A stretch of 64,000 nucleotides of DNA, taken from the NCBI GenBank assembly GCA_964592485.1, contig CAZQEY010000003.1, positions 12,218-76,217 of the forward strand, given 5' to 3'. Position 1 is the first letter of the stretch. Each line of letters begins with the position of its first letter. Source of the DNA: an uncultured Planctomycetales bacterium. GTDB taxonomy: Bacteria > Omnitrophota > Gorgyraeia > Gygaellales > JAHJCI01. The notes under the pieces were generated by a model, which was not told the origin of the DNA, ran no database searches, and saw only the letters and a list, made by a program, of their open reading frames with translations. Below, in pieces: positions 26,459-36,749 of the stretch. A program made the translations under genes and the position numbers.

Positions 26459-28903
26459 ATGTTAGATAAATATGGCCATTTTAGTCAAGATGGCAAGGAG
26501 TTTATCATTACCACACCTTTAACTCCCCGGCCTTGGATTAACTATCTTACTAATAGCCGATACTGCGCGATTATCTCTCAGTGCTCTGGTGGATATAGTT
26601 TTTATCGAGACTGCCGAAGTGATCGTATTTTAAGGTGGTTACCAGAGAGCTGGCATTTTGACCGACCAGGACGATATATCTATATTAAAGAACCACAAAC
26701 TAAAAAAATCTGGAGTTGTACTTATCAGCCTCTTTGCGTTAGGCCCGATTTTTACCAATGTCGGCATGGTCTGGGATATACCGTAGTTGAATCAAGGTAT
26801 TTTGGTATCAGCACAGAGATTACCTATTTTGTTCCTGAACACGATGATTGTGAGGTCTGGATTATCCGGATTAAGAATGAAACTAAGAAGCACCGCACCT
26901 TAGAAATTTATCCCTATGTTGAGTGGCTTCTGGGTGATTATCATCTAGAATTGCGCTATCGCAATATTATGAATCTATATAATCGCATCTGGTTCAACCC
27001 ATCATCTCAGGCGATATTTGCCAAAAAAACTGCCTTTTGGCAGGATATGAATATTTGTCCCTTTAAGGGAAACGCCTTCTTTGCCAGTTCCCTAGCAGTC
27101 AATGATTATTGGCTGCGCAAGGAAGGATTCCTGGGAAGGTATAATACTGAACAAAATCCGGAAGCAATAATCACCAATCAGGCAAGCCGGCACCAGGAAT
27201 GTTCGGGAGAAGACGGTATTGCTGTTTTTAAACACAGGTTGCATTTAGCGGCAAATCAAGCAAAGGAATTTACCATTATCCTGGGGCAATTAAAGTCTAA
27301 AGCCAAAATTAACAGCGTAATTAAAAAATATCGAAATCTTGCGCGCGCAAAAAGCGAATTGGAAGACACCAAGAAAATCTGGAGGAGGCGTATCTGTGAT
27401 AACCTGATTATCAGCACGCCTGATAAGAAATTAGATTTATTGGTAAATTCCTGGCTTAAATACCAGATTTATATTTGCAATTTCTGGAGTCGCTCGCCTT
27501 CTTATTATCATGAGGGCTCAGGCGGAAAGGGGTATCGCGATTCTGCTCAGGACGGCGAGAGCATACTTTCTTTGAACTCAGAAATTAGCCGGCAGAAGAT
27601 ATTAAAACTTGCCTCGCTCATCCGTCGGGATGGAACCTCAGCTCCTGGATGGTCAGATACACAGGGCCCGCATCGATTCAGACCAAATAAGGACCATCAG
27701 ATTTGGCTTACATCATTGGTTTATGCCTATATACAAGAAACCGGGGATAAGGATATTCTTAATGAACGCATTTCTTATTTAAAGGATAAATGGATTGGCG
27801 GCTGGCATATTGACCTAAATTCTTCCAGTGGGACGCCAAATACAGATGGACAGGGGACTCTATTTGAACATTTAGAGGCAAACCTTAATTTTACCTTTAG
27901 TGATGTGGGTGATAAAGGTCTTCCTTTGATTGGCCATGCTGATTGGAATGATGCAATTGATGCAGCAGGGATTAAACTTAAGGGGCAGAGCGTCTGGTTG
28001 GCTCAAGCACTGGTGCGTTCTTTAAAGATGCTGGCTGAATTAGCGGATTTAATTGGTAAAAGAAAGAAGAAAGAGGATTATTTAAATAAAGCCAGAATTA
28101 TGACTGGGCGTATAAACAGGGTTGCCTGGGATGGAAATTGGTATGTGCGCGGTTTTACTGATTCAGGCTCTGTTTATGGAAGCAAGAGTAATCCGGAAGG
28201 CAAGATATTCCTTAATACTCAGGCCTGGGCATTGCTCTCTGGGGTTGCTGACTCAAATAAACAAAAAAGGATCGTAAGGTCAGTAAAACAATATCTTGAT
28301 GGTCTTCATGGTCTGGCTTTATTTTCTCCTGCTTATTCGCGGTTTAATCCTGAACTTGGCAGAATCAGTATGTTCTCGCAGGGCACAAAAGAGAATGCTG
28401 CGGTATTTTGCCATGCAGCAACCTTTATGATAGTGGGATTACTGATGGCAGGCTACGGCGACCTGGCATACTCTTCGCTTTTAAAGATATTGTCTAATCA
28501 GCAGAAGAATTATGATTTATATAGGACCGAGCCGTATGCTATGGCTGAGTATTTAGTGGGACCCCAGCATCCGTATCTTTATGGTGAGGGAGCATTCACC
28601 TGGGTTACTGGTTCAGCTGGTTGGTCTTTTATGGCGATTACTGAATGGCTCTTGGGTGTGCGGCGTGATTTTGCTGGCTTGCGCATTGAGCCTTGTATTC
28701 CCTCTCATTGGAAGAGATTTTCCATCCGTCGGCCTTTCCGGGGCGCAATCTATGAAATAGAGATAAGTAATCCCCAGGGCGTTCAGCAGGGAATAAAGGA
28801 GATTTATGTAGACGGCAGAAGAATTGAAGGAAACTTGATTAAACCTCATAATGATGGTAAAATACACCACATTAAGGTGATAATGGGCAGGGGTAAAGGA
28901 TGA
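26459..28903 (+). CDS. GH94 glycoside phosphorylase (cellobiose/chitobiose/laminaribiose phosphorylase family)
   Basis: TPRPWINYL, GYRDSAQD, HADWNDAI, TKENAAVFCHA and WVTGSAGW. Confidence 0.93.
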   Translation: MLDKYGHFSQDGKEFIITTPLTPRPWINYLTNSRYCAIISQCSGGYSFYRDCRSDRILRWLPESWHFDRPGRYIYIKEPQTKKIWSCTYQPLCVRPDFYQCRHGLGYTVVESRYFGISTEITYFVPEHDDCEVWIIRIKNETKKHRTLEIYPYVEWLLGDYHLELRYRNIMNLYNRIWFNPSSQAIFAKKTAFWQDMNICPFKGNAFFASSLAVNDYWLRKEGFLGRYNTEQNPEAIITNQASRHQECSGEDGIAVFKHRLHLAANQAKEFTIILGQLKSKAKINSVIKKYRNLARAKSELEDTKKIWRRRICDNLIISTPDKKLDLLVNSWLKYQIYICNFWSRSPSYYHEGSGGKGYRDSAQDGESILSLNSEISRQKILKLASLIRRDGTSAPGWSDTQGPHRFRPNKDHQIWLTSLVYAYIQETGDKDILNERISYLKDKWIGGWHIDLNSSSGTPNTDGQGTLFEHLEANLNFTFSDVGDKGLPLIGHADWNDAIDAAGIKLKGQSVWLAQALVRSLKMLAELADLIGKRKKKEDYLNKARIMTGRINRVAWDGNWYVRGFTDSGSVYGSKSNPEGKIFLNTQAWALLSGVADSNKQKRIVRSVKQYLDGLHGLALFSPAYSRFNPELGRISMFSQGTKENAAVFCHAATFMIVGLLMAGYGDLAYSSLLKILSNQQKNYDLYRTEPYAMAEYLVGPQHPYLYGEGAFTWVTGSAGWSFMAITEWLLGVRRDFAGLRIEPCIPSHWKRFSIRRPFRGAIYEIEISNPQGVQQGIKEIYVDGRRIEGNLIKPHNDGKIHHIKVIMGRGKG

Positions 28904-29508
28904 AGATACTGCCTTTTGGTTGCATTTTAATTTTCTGTTTGACTATACTTTCTTGTACTCAGGAGCAGGATTTATTAATCGATGATTTTGAGAATCCGCT
29001 TTCTGGAGGCACGGACGGCACAGTGGATTTTGGCTCTGGTGGTAGTTCATCAGTAGAAGTAACAGCAGATACTGATATTAAGTATTCGGGTAATCAATCT
29101 ATGAAGATAGACTATAATGCTGCACCAGGCGGGTATATGTGGGTAGCAAGGGGGTTTGATTTAGATGCAAAGAATACACAATGGTTAATTGAACCACAGG
29201 ATATAGACTGGGCTAAATATAGTTCCATATCCTTTTATATGTACGGTAGCGATTCCAAAGCAAAGATTGCATTTGATATCAAAGACAATGGTAATGAGAT
29301 GTGGCGGTTTATGATTGAGGATGATTTTAAGGGTTGGAAGAGGATAGTCTGCCCTTTCAATGAATTCTTCGCTCGGAGTGATTGGCAACCGAATAATGCG
29401 GACAGAAACGCTACCTTAGATTTTCCAGTCAAAAGCTTTCAGTTTGAGCCTCAGTCAGAGGCAAAAGGCACAGTTTACTTGGATAATATGATATTGATGA
29501 AGAGATAA
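28900..29508 (+). CDS. CBM11-like carbohydrate-binding lipoprotein
   Basis: Lipobox ILSC, then LIDDFE, DW..YSSISF and DDFKGWK..PF..F...WQP. Confidence 0.8.
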   Translation: MKILPFGCILIFCLTILSCTQEQDLLIDDFENPLSGGTDGTVDFGSGGSSSVEVTADTDIKYSGNQSMKIDYNAAPGGYMWVARGFDLDAKNTQWLIEPQDIDWAKYSSISFYMYGSDSKAKIAFDIKDNGNEMWRFMIEDDFKGWKRIVCPFNEFFARSDWQPNNADRNATLDFPVKSFQFEPQSEAKGTVYLDNMILMKR

Positions 29509-29556
29509 AAAAGCTTTGTTTAGCTTGAGAAGAATGATTGGTTATTGGAGGAGAAG

Positions 29557-30876
29557 ATGCTTAGTAAAAAGTTAGTTTACAGCATTTTATTACTGTTTGC
29601 TGTTTACTGCTTACTGTTTACTATGGTTGGTTGTACTCCCAAAAAAGAAGCAGAAAAACCAACCATAACCATCTGGCATTGGATGACCGACCGGCAGCCG
29701 ACATTTAAAGAACTAGCTAAAAGGTATGAGCAAAATGCCGGCATTAAGATTAATTTTGAACTCTATGCTCCTTCAGACGCCTACACCCAAAAGGTGCGCG
29801 CGGCAGCTCAAGGTAATACCCTGCCTGATATATTTGGTATTCTCGGAGAAAAAAGGGATTTTGCCTCATTCATCAAGGCTGGACATATCCTGGATCTAGC
29901 CCCTCACATGCAAAAGAACAGCAATCAATGGCGTAATTCCTTCTTTCGCAAGGCCCTGGCAGTAAATGAATTTCCCGAAGGAAATTCCTATGGTGTTGAG
30001 GCTGGAATTTATGGCGTACCCTTGGATATAATGACCATCCAGATGCTGTATAATAAGGATTTATTTAAGCAGTTAGGACTTGACCCTGAACAGCCGCCTC
30101 AGGCTTTCGAAGAATTCCTTTATATAGGTAAGAGAATAAAAGAAACAGGGTTGCAGGGAATGGTATCTGGTTGGGGTGAGATGTGGATGATTGATTGTCT
30201 GGCAAATAATTTCGCTTTTAATCTAATGGGTAAGGATAAAGTTCTTGCTACAATTCAAGGCAAAGTCTCCTATGCTGACCCGGATTGGATTAAGGTTTTA
30301 AGTTTATTTAAACAGATGAGTGAAGTGGGCGTTTTAGCCGATGGTATTGTTACAATGGTAAATAAGACTGCTGAGCAGCTCTTTGCCAATGGAAAAGCAG
30401 TTTTTGCCTTTAATGGCTCTTGGTGCGTTAATGTCTATCGCGGTATGAATCCCAATCTTAATTACGCAGTTCTGCTTCCACCCAAGGTAAGTGATGAATA
30501 TCCCCGCAGCATCTGGGGAGGTGCTGGTTCGTCTTTTATGATAAATGCCCGCTCAGAAAACAAAGAAAAAGCGGTTGAGTTCCTGAAGTGGCTGACCGAT
30601 AAAGAGCAACAGGCCTATTTAGCTGAAAGCACCCAGAATCTTCCCGCAAATAAAAACTGTCTTGGTGAAATTTCTCCAATCTTAGCCCAGTTCGCTGATG
30701 ATATGGATTTAACCACCCATCCGAATACTTGGGGGATTTCTGAATTTCCCGCAGTAATTGAGGCTTGGGATAAAGGAATCCAGTCAATTATTATTAATGA
30801 GAAAACACCAGAGCAAGTCGCTCAGGAAGTACAGAAGATTAAGGAGCGGGAGTTAAAGAAGAAACAGACAAGATGA
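29557..30876 (+). CDS. Sugar ABC transporter substrate-binding lipoprotein
   Basis: GGAGGAG RBS, lipobox MVGC, TITIWHW, YNKDLF, F..GKA...NGSW. Confidence 0.92.
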   Translation: MLSKKLVYSILLLFAVYCLLFTMVGCTPKKEAEKPTITIWHWMTDRQPTFKELAKRYEQNAGIKINFELYAPSDAYTQKVRAAAQGNTLPDIFGILGEKRDFASFIKAGHILDLAPHMQKNSNQWRNSFFRKALAVNEFPEGNSYGVEAGIYGVPLDIMTIQMLYNKDLFKQLGLDPEQPPQAFEEFLYIGKRIKETGLQGMVSGWGEMWMIDCLANNFAFNLMGKDKVLATIQGKVSYADPDWIKVLSLFKQMSEVGVLADGIVTMVNKTAEQLFANGKAVFAFNGSWCVNVYRGMNPNLNYAVLLPPKVSDEYPRSIWGGAGSSFMINARSENKEKAVEFLKWLTDKEQQAYLAESTQNLPANKNCLGEISPILAQFADDMDLTTHPNTWGISEFPAVIEAWDKGIQSIIINEKTPEQVAQEVQKIKERELKKKQTR

Positions 30877-31751
30877 GAATTAAATCAACTTTAGAAAACT
30901 ATATGTTTGTTCTTCCGGCAGTAATCATCTTTGCGATATTCTATATTATTCCCTTTATCTGGGTCTTCCAATTAGGTTTATACGAGTGGGACGGAATCAT
31001 GCCGACAAAGACCTTTGTAGGTCTTTCTAATTTTAAAGAGATATTTTCCCAAGACAGAATCTGGTGGCAATCAATGTTAAATGCTGGCTACATCACTCTT
31101 ATTGCCCTTACTTTTCAGAATGCCTTAGCTTTTGCTTTGGCTTGGGCTTGTGACCGTGAGATACGCTTGAGGAATCTCTACCGTGTAATCTTTTTTATTC
31201 CTCCGGTTTTATCTGAGGTGGTGGTTGGTTTGGTCTGGCAATGGATTCTTGATGGCAATTACGGCTTATTAAATCATGCACTAATAAGATTGGGTTTTCC
31301 TCAATTGGTTCACCATTGGCTTTCTGACCCTAATACTGCCTTAACTACTGTAGCGATAGTTCATAGCTGGAAGGGATTTGGCTGGGGGTTTCTGATATTC
31401 CTAGCTGGCTTGCAAACCATACCCAGAGAGCTTTATGAAGCTGCCCGAGTAGACGGAGCCAATGCCTGGCAGAGCTTTAAGAATATCACCTTTCCGTTAA
31501 TGATTCCGGTAACAGTTCTAGTGGCGATTTTAACCATTTTGGGCACAATGCAGGCATTTGTTTTGATTATTGCCATGACAGGTGGGGGACCGGCGTATCA
31601 TACCCAGGTCCCGGTACTAAGGATACTGGCTTCCATGCGTGGCTCCTCGCGCTTTGGTTATGCCTGTGCCCAGGGTATTACCTTTGGACTTGTTTTAGTG
31701 ATTATTTCTTTTATCCAATATAGGTTTTCTAAAAGAGCTAGGCAGGTTTAG
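30873..31751 (+). CDS. Carbohydrate ABC transporter permease (MalF/UgpA-like)
   Basis: FVGLSNF and the EAA loop ELYEAARVDGA. Confidence 0.95.
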   Translation: MRIKSTLENYMFVLPAVIIFAIFYIIPFIWVFQLGLYEWDGIMPTKTFVGLSNFKEIFSQDRIWWQSMLNAGYITLIALTFQNALAFALAWACDREIRLRNLYRVIFFIPPVLSEVVVGLVWQWILDGNYGLLNHALIRLGFPQLVHHWLSDPNTALTTVAIVHSWKGFGWGFLIFLAGLQTIPRELYEAARVDGANAWQSFKNITFPLMIPVTVLVAILTILGTMQAFVLIIAMTGGGPAYHTQVPVLRILASMRGSSRFGYACAQGITFGLVLVIISFIQYRFSKRARQV

Positions 31752-31830
31752 ATATTTCGTTTAGTCGGTTTTGTCCGTTTAACAGAAATAACGGAATTAA
31801 CGGACCTACCGGAAATAATGAAATAGACAA

Positions 31831-32679
31831 ATGAAGTCAGGCGTATATTATAAGACAAAGAGGGTAACTTTAAATCTACTTATTCATCTGTTTCTGCTTA
31901 CTGTAGCAATAAGTTGCCTCCTGCCTTTAGTCTGGATGGTTTCCTCAAGTCTTAAAACGCAAGAGATGATATTCTCTGATACATCGCTTATTCCTCACAG
32001 TCCACGCTGGGAGAATTATTATTTGGCTTGGAAAGAGGGCGGATTTGGACGCTATTTTATTAACAGTATCATTTATACAATATCCACAGTGATTGGTATA
32101 GTTATTGTTGCATCGCTGGCAGCCTATGCCTTTTCGCGGTTTAGATTCCCGGGTAAGAATATCCTGTTTTATATGTTCATTATTGCTATGATGATTCCTA
32201 TCCCGGGAAGCTTCGTTCCCCTTTATGTATTATTAAACAGACTACATCTTCGCAATACCCAAATTGGCTATATTCTGTGTATGATTAATGTTGGGCTTTC
32301 CACAAGTATATTTTTGTTAAAGACATTTTTTGATAAGATGCCCAAGGAATTAGAAGAAGCAGCCCGTATCGACGGGTGTTCAAAAATGGGATTGTGGTGG
32401 CATGTGGCTTTACCTTTATCTAAGCCGGTGTTAGCAGTAGTAGTGGTGTTTAATGCGCTGAATGTCTGGAATGAATATATACTGGCTTTGATTATCTTTG
32501 ATTCACGTCACCTTATGCCGCTTCAGGTGGCTTTGACCACTTTTCAGGGCGAATTTATTACACGCTACCCACTTCTAATGGCTGGTTTGACCATTGCAGC
32601 TATTCCGATTATCTTAATTTACTTGCTTATGCAGAAATATATTATTAAAGGGGTTACTGCTGGAGCGATAGTAGGATGA
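31831..32679 (+). CDS. Carbohydrate ABC transporter permease (MalG/UgpE-like)
   Basis: ELEEAARIDG, WNEY and QKYIIKG. Confidence 0.95.
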   Translation: MKSGVYYKTKRVTLNLLIHLFLLTVAISCLLPLVWMVSSSLKTQEMIFSDTSLIPHSPRWENYYLAWKEGGFGRYFINSIIYTISTVIGIVIVASLAAYAFSRFRFPGKNILFYMFIIAMMIPIPGSFVPLYVLLNRLHLRNTQIGYILCMINVGLSTSIFLLKTFFDKMPKELEEAARIDGCSKMGLWWHVALPLSKPVLAVVVVFNALNVWNEYILALIIFDSRHLMPLQVALTTFQGEFITRYPLLMAGLTIAAIPIILIYLLMQKYIIKGVTAGAIVG

Positions 32680-35054
32680 TGTTTAAATCCAAAATCCAAA
32701 ATCCAAAATCCAAAATAAATTCAAAATCTAAATGTCAAATTCCAAAACGTGAGTTTTATCATTTGGTGTCTGTGCTTTGTCATTATTTTGTCATTTGTGC
32801 TTTGTTATTTGTCATTTATCTTGGAAATTCTTTCGCTCAGGATAGACCGCCTTCCAAGGAACTAGTCGTCAAGGCATGGGAGGCGCACGGAAGAAATGAT
32901 ATTGAAAGCACCTTTAAAATTACTCAGCAATGTATTGATTTATACCTTGAGGAAGCAAAAAGACAACAAGCGTCTTTAAATGCGCTACCCAAGGGGACGG
33001 ATATTGCTAATTATCAGATTCTTAATGATGTGGCTACTTGCTATTTTATTCAAGGTGAATCTTATATGCGACAAGAGAAATTCCCCGAGGCAGTTGAGGT
33101 TTTTAATACTATTATCCAGCAATATTCCTTTGCCCAGGCCTGGGATCCCCGGGGATGGTACTGGCAAATAGCCAAGGCAGCCAAAGACAGTATTGATAAG
33201 ATTCAGAAACGCCAACTTCCGCCGGCACCGGAAGAAGTCAAACAGCCGCCCACCAAGAAGATAGTTAGTACGGTCGTCTTATCCGATCCGGGCAGTAAAG
33301 ATTTCGTTGATTATACTAAATATGGTGAGTTTAAGAACCGCGGTAGTAAGGATTATGTTTACATTATTAGCGACCAAGTAGGATTAAGCAAGGCCGTCGG
33401 TGAAGGAATTTACCCCAATACTGGTTCGGTAAGGCGCAACCCGAGATTTAAGTTTGTACGGGAAGAGGGAAGACTGGAAGGCTCTGCTTGGGATTTTTTA
33501 CAAAGCTCGGATTTGGAGGCGGCATTTTTTAAATGGGCAACTGCTCCTGAACCAGTGGGTGTGAGGCTTTTTTACACCGGATTGATTCTGGAAAAGGCAG
33601 GATTAATCAAGCATGCGCTAAAATGCTACTATGCTATTGTGGTGCATTTTCCTGGTAGCTATGGCTGGACCTATTGGCATACCCCTTGGTATGTAGGTCA
33701 GGCGGCAATTGCCAAGATAAATTTTCTTTTGCGCCGCAACCCCCAATTAAAGTACAGACTCGTTGATGCCCATATTAAAATCATCAATGGTTATGACAAT
33801 GATGTTTCTAACGATATTGTTATTACTAATCCAGGAAGATGGGTACGTGGGAGGCAAGAAGTAAGAGGTAAAACACAGGAGGCAAGAAATAAGAAGGTTG
33901 AAAAGATAATCGGAGATGGGAGGGTTCGACTGCTTCAATATCAAAATGGAGATTGGCAGCTACAGGTAAAAGGTCAACCCTATATTATCAAAGGCATCAC
34001 TTATGCTCCCACCAAGGTATGTCAATCGCCAGATGAGGGAACCTTGGGAAATTGGATGTTTGAGGATTTTGATAATAACGACAAAATAGATGGCCCTTAC
34101 GATGCCTTTGTGGATAAGAACAGGAATAATCTTCAAGATGAGGATGAGCCCTCTATTGGAGATTTTAAGCTTATGCAGCAGATGGGAGTAAATACCATAC
34201 GTATTTATCATCATCCGCAGGAGGTTAATAAACAATTATTGAGGGATTTGTATATACATTATGGGATTATGGTGATTATGGGAGATTTTTTAGGAAAGTA
34301 TGCTTTAGGCTCGGGGGTGTCCTGGTATGAAGGGACAGATTATCGTAATCCAGAGCACCAGAAGAATATGATTAAGTCAGTAACAGCTATGGTTGAAGAA
34401 TTTAGAGATGAGCCGTATATCTTATTCTGGTTGCTGGGCAATGAGAATGTTTACGGCGTTGCCTGTAATGCTGATAAGGACCCAGAAGGATTTTTTAAAT
34501 TTGTCAATGAGGCAGCTACTACGATTAAATCCCTTGATCCTGAACATCCAGTGGCTCTGGGTAATGGCGACATTCTATTCTTAGATGTATTTGCTAAGCA
34601 TTGCCCAGATATTGACATCTTCGGTACGAATGCCTATCGGGGTGATTATGGCTTTGGATATCTCTGGCAGGCAGTTAAGGAAGAGATAGATAGACCGGTA
34701 TTTATCACTGAATTTGGCTGTCCAGCTTATGCTGAAGGTAAAACAAGAGAAGAATCCGAGCAGTTACAGGCAGAGTATCACCGTGCAGCCTGGGAGGATA
34801 TTGAGTATAATATATCTGGCGGTAAAGGGTTGGGTAATGCTATAGGAGGCATAATTTTTGAATGGTTAGATGAATGGTGGAAGGCCTATGAGCCGTGTTT
34901 GCATGATTATAAGCCCCTATGGGCAGGTCCTTTTCCTGATGGTTATATGCATGAGGAATGGCTGGGTTTAGCCAGCCAGGGTAATAGTTCCCAGAGTCCG
35001 TTCTTGCGTCAGTTGCGCAAGGCTTATTATATGTATAAAAAGATGTGGAGGTAA
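32676..35054 (+). CDS. Secreted TPR-containing clan GH-A glycoside hydrolase (GH2 TIM-barrel-like)
   Basis: Signal peptide ending SFA-Q, TPR-like helices, MGVNTIRIY, acid/base WLLGNEN, nucleophile ITEFG and FEWLDEWWK. Confidence 0.85.
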   Translation: MMFKSKIQNPKSKINSKSKCQIPKREFYHLVSVLCHYFVICALLFVIYLGNSFAQDRPPSKELVVKAWEAHGRNDIESTFKITQQCIDLYLEEAKRQQASLNALPKGTDIANYQILNDVATCYFIQGESYMRQEKFPEAVEVFNTIIQQYSFAQAWDPRGWYWQIAKAAKDSIDKIQKRQLPPAPEEVKQPPTKKIVSTVVLSDPGSKDFVDYTKYGEFKNRGSKDYVYIISDQVGLSKAVGEGIYPNTGSVRRNPRFKFVREEGRLEGSAWDFLQSSDLEAAFFKWATAPEPVGVRLFYTGLILEKAGLIKHALKCYYAIVVHFPGSYGWTYWHTPWYVGQAAIAKINFLLRRNPQLKYRLVDAHIKIINGYDNDVSNDIVITNPGRWVRGRQEVRGKTQEARNKKVEKIIGDGRVRLLQYQNGDWQLQVKGQPYIIKGITYAPTKVCQSPDEGTLGNWMFEDFDNNDKIDGPYDAFVDKNRNNLQDEDEPSIGDFKLMQQMGVNTIRIYHHPQEVNKQLLRDLYIHYGIMVIMGDFLGKYALGSGVSWYEGTDYRNPEHQKNMIKSVTAMVEEFRDEPYILFWLLGNENVYGVACNADKDPEGFFKFVNEAATTIKSLDPEHPVALGNGDILFLDVFAKHCPDIDIFGTNAYRGDYGFGYLWQAVKEEIDRPVFITEFGCPAYAEGKTREESEQLQAEYHRAAWEDIEYNISGGKGLGNAIGGIIFEWLDEWWKAYEPCLHDYKPLWAGPFPDGYMHEEWLGLASQGNSSQSPFLRQLRKAYYMYKKMWR
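32684..32820 (+). repeat. Heptamer-periodic repeats (AAATCCA-like run, then TTGTCAT-like run) within the gene start
   Basis: aaatccaaaatccaaaatccaaaatcc ... ttgtcatt..ttgtcatttgtgctttgttatttgtcatt. Confidence 0.8.
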
Positions 35055-35101
35055 ATGACGACATAATTTATGGAGCCTGTCTGTGGGATAGGTAGGCGTA
35101 A

Positions 35102-35240
35102 GTGAACATAAGTTATATGTTGGAATTTTACCCCACCCTTTCAACAAAGTAGCATAGTGTAGGGTAAGAAGAGGCGGGGTTTAATTCGCATAATAACTTA
35201 TGTTCACTCCGTTTAGAAATCTTTGATTTCTAAACGGAGT
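35102..35240. repeat. Nested intergenic palindromic elements
   Basis: GTGAACATAAGTT...AACTTATGTTCAC encloses CCCCACCCTT...AAGAGGCGGGG (flanked by TTTA on both sides). The adjacent hairpin is ACTCCGTTTAGAAAT/ATTTCTAAACGGAGT. Confidence 0.75.
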
Positions 35241-35399
35241 TCACTGGCGCACCATAAGTTGTGTGTTCAGAGGGTTGCTCAAAAAAGTCATTTAATTCTC
35301 CGATGGAAAAGTGGAGGCGAGGTTTAAAAAGACCAAAATAATTTCCCGACGAGAAAATAGTTTTGAGCAAGGCTCTGTTTATTGAAGGAGGTGTAAAAG

Positions 35400-36554
35400 A
35401 TGAGTAAAAAAATTTTGATTCTTGTCGCTGTCTGTTTGGCCTTTCTTTCTCTTGGTTTTGCCCGAAGGCCACGTATACCCCCGTTTGTCGTCTATCTCGA
35501 TAAAGACGCAGAGGAAAATAACTATATTCCTTCAGGTTGGATGGGTGATAATGGGGATATAAAGATGAATGATCAATCTCTTAATGAGCCCTATTCAGGT
35601 AAAACCTGTATTCGGTTTGACTATTCTGCCAAGAAATCCCAGGGTCAAGGCTGGGCTGGTGTATATTGGCAGAACCCTCCCAATAACTGGGGAAGCAAAG
35701 AAGGTGGTTTTGATTTAAGTGGAATGACCAAGCTTACCTTCTGGGCAAGAGGTGAAAAGGGTGGCGAGGTTATTCAGAAGTTTGGCGTAGGCGGAATTGG
35801 TATAAACCAAGAGGTTCCCTATCCTGATTCTTGTGTTGTGGAAACCGGGCTGATTGAATTGACTCGTGCCTGGAAGAAGTACACAATTAATCTGGCTGGC
35901 CAGAATGTTTCTTATATTAACGGAGGGTTTTTCTGGGTTATCACCGCTGATTTAAATCCTGAGGGTGCAACCTTTTATTTAGATGAGATTAAGTTTGAGC
36001 CAGATCCCAGGATGAAGCCAGAGGTAAAGAGACCCCCAAGAATGCCTTTTTATGTTTATGCTGACCGTGGTTCAATGGATAACCACTTTGCTCCCTCTGG
36101 CTGGATGCCAGCAACTGCTTCCCAGGATTTAAAGTTTGATCAATCTTGGCAGGATAATCCTTATCTAGGGGATAGTTGCATTAAGATTACCTATAAAGAC
36201 AATTCAGGAATACGTTGGGCAGGGATTTATTGGCAGCATCCGGCAAATAACTGGGGAACCCAACGTGCTGGTTTTGACCTATCAAAAGCTACCAAATTAA
36301 CCTTCTGGGCGCATGGTGAGAAGGGTAAAGAAAGGATTGAGGAGTTCAAGGTCGGTGGGATAACAGGCAAATATCCGGATTCTGACTCTGTCAGCATTGG
36401 TCCAGTTGTCTTGGATAAGGAATGGAAGCAATACAGCATTGATTTAAGCGGCAAGGATATGTCTCATATCATTGGTGGCTTTTGCTGGGCAACTAACATT
36501 GATGTCAATCCCAAGGGTGTCACCTTCTATTTAGATGAGATAAAGTACGAATAA
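35400..36554 (+). CDS. Secreted protein with two tandem CBM-like (galactose-binding-fold) domains
   Basis: AAGGAGG RBS and a signal peptide. The unit PSGWM...WAG(V/I)YWQxP.NNWG...GFDLS..TKLTFWA.GEKG...TFYLDEIK occurs twice. Confidence 0.8.
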   Translation: MSKKILILVAVCLAFLSLGFARRPRIPPFVVYLDKDAEENNYIPSGWMGDNGDIKMNDQSLNEPYSGKTCIRFDYSAKKSQGQGWAGVYWQNPPNNWGSKEGGFDLSGMTKLTFWARGEKGGEVIQKFGVGGIGINQEVPYPDSCVVETGLIELTRAWKKYTINLAGQNVSYINGGFFWVITADLNPEGATFYLDEIKFEPDPRMKPEVKRPPRMPFYVYADRGSMDNHFAPSGWMPATASQDLKFDQSWQDNPYLGDSCIKITYKDNSGIRWAGIYWQHPANNWGTQRAGFDLSKATKLTFWAHGEKGKERIEEFKVGGITGKYPDSDSVSIGPVVLDKEWKQYSIDLSGKDMSHIIGGFCWATNIDVNPKGVTFYLDEIKYE

Positions 36555-36749
36555 GTCACGCCGTAGAAATAAGAGTTTAAAAAGTTGATATCGGTGATGA
36601 GAAAATCAGTAGTCAGTATATCAGAATATTAGGTTATCAGGGAAGCTTTAAGCACCTCAGAAGAGTAACCTGGTATCTTAGTAAGAGGATATCTGCTACA
36701 CGAGAACTTACTGCCTTGATATCCGACTTTATTAGTGAGGGAGTCATAT

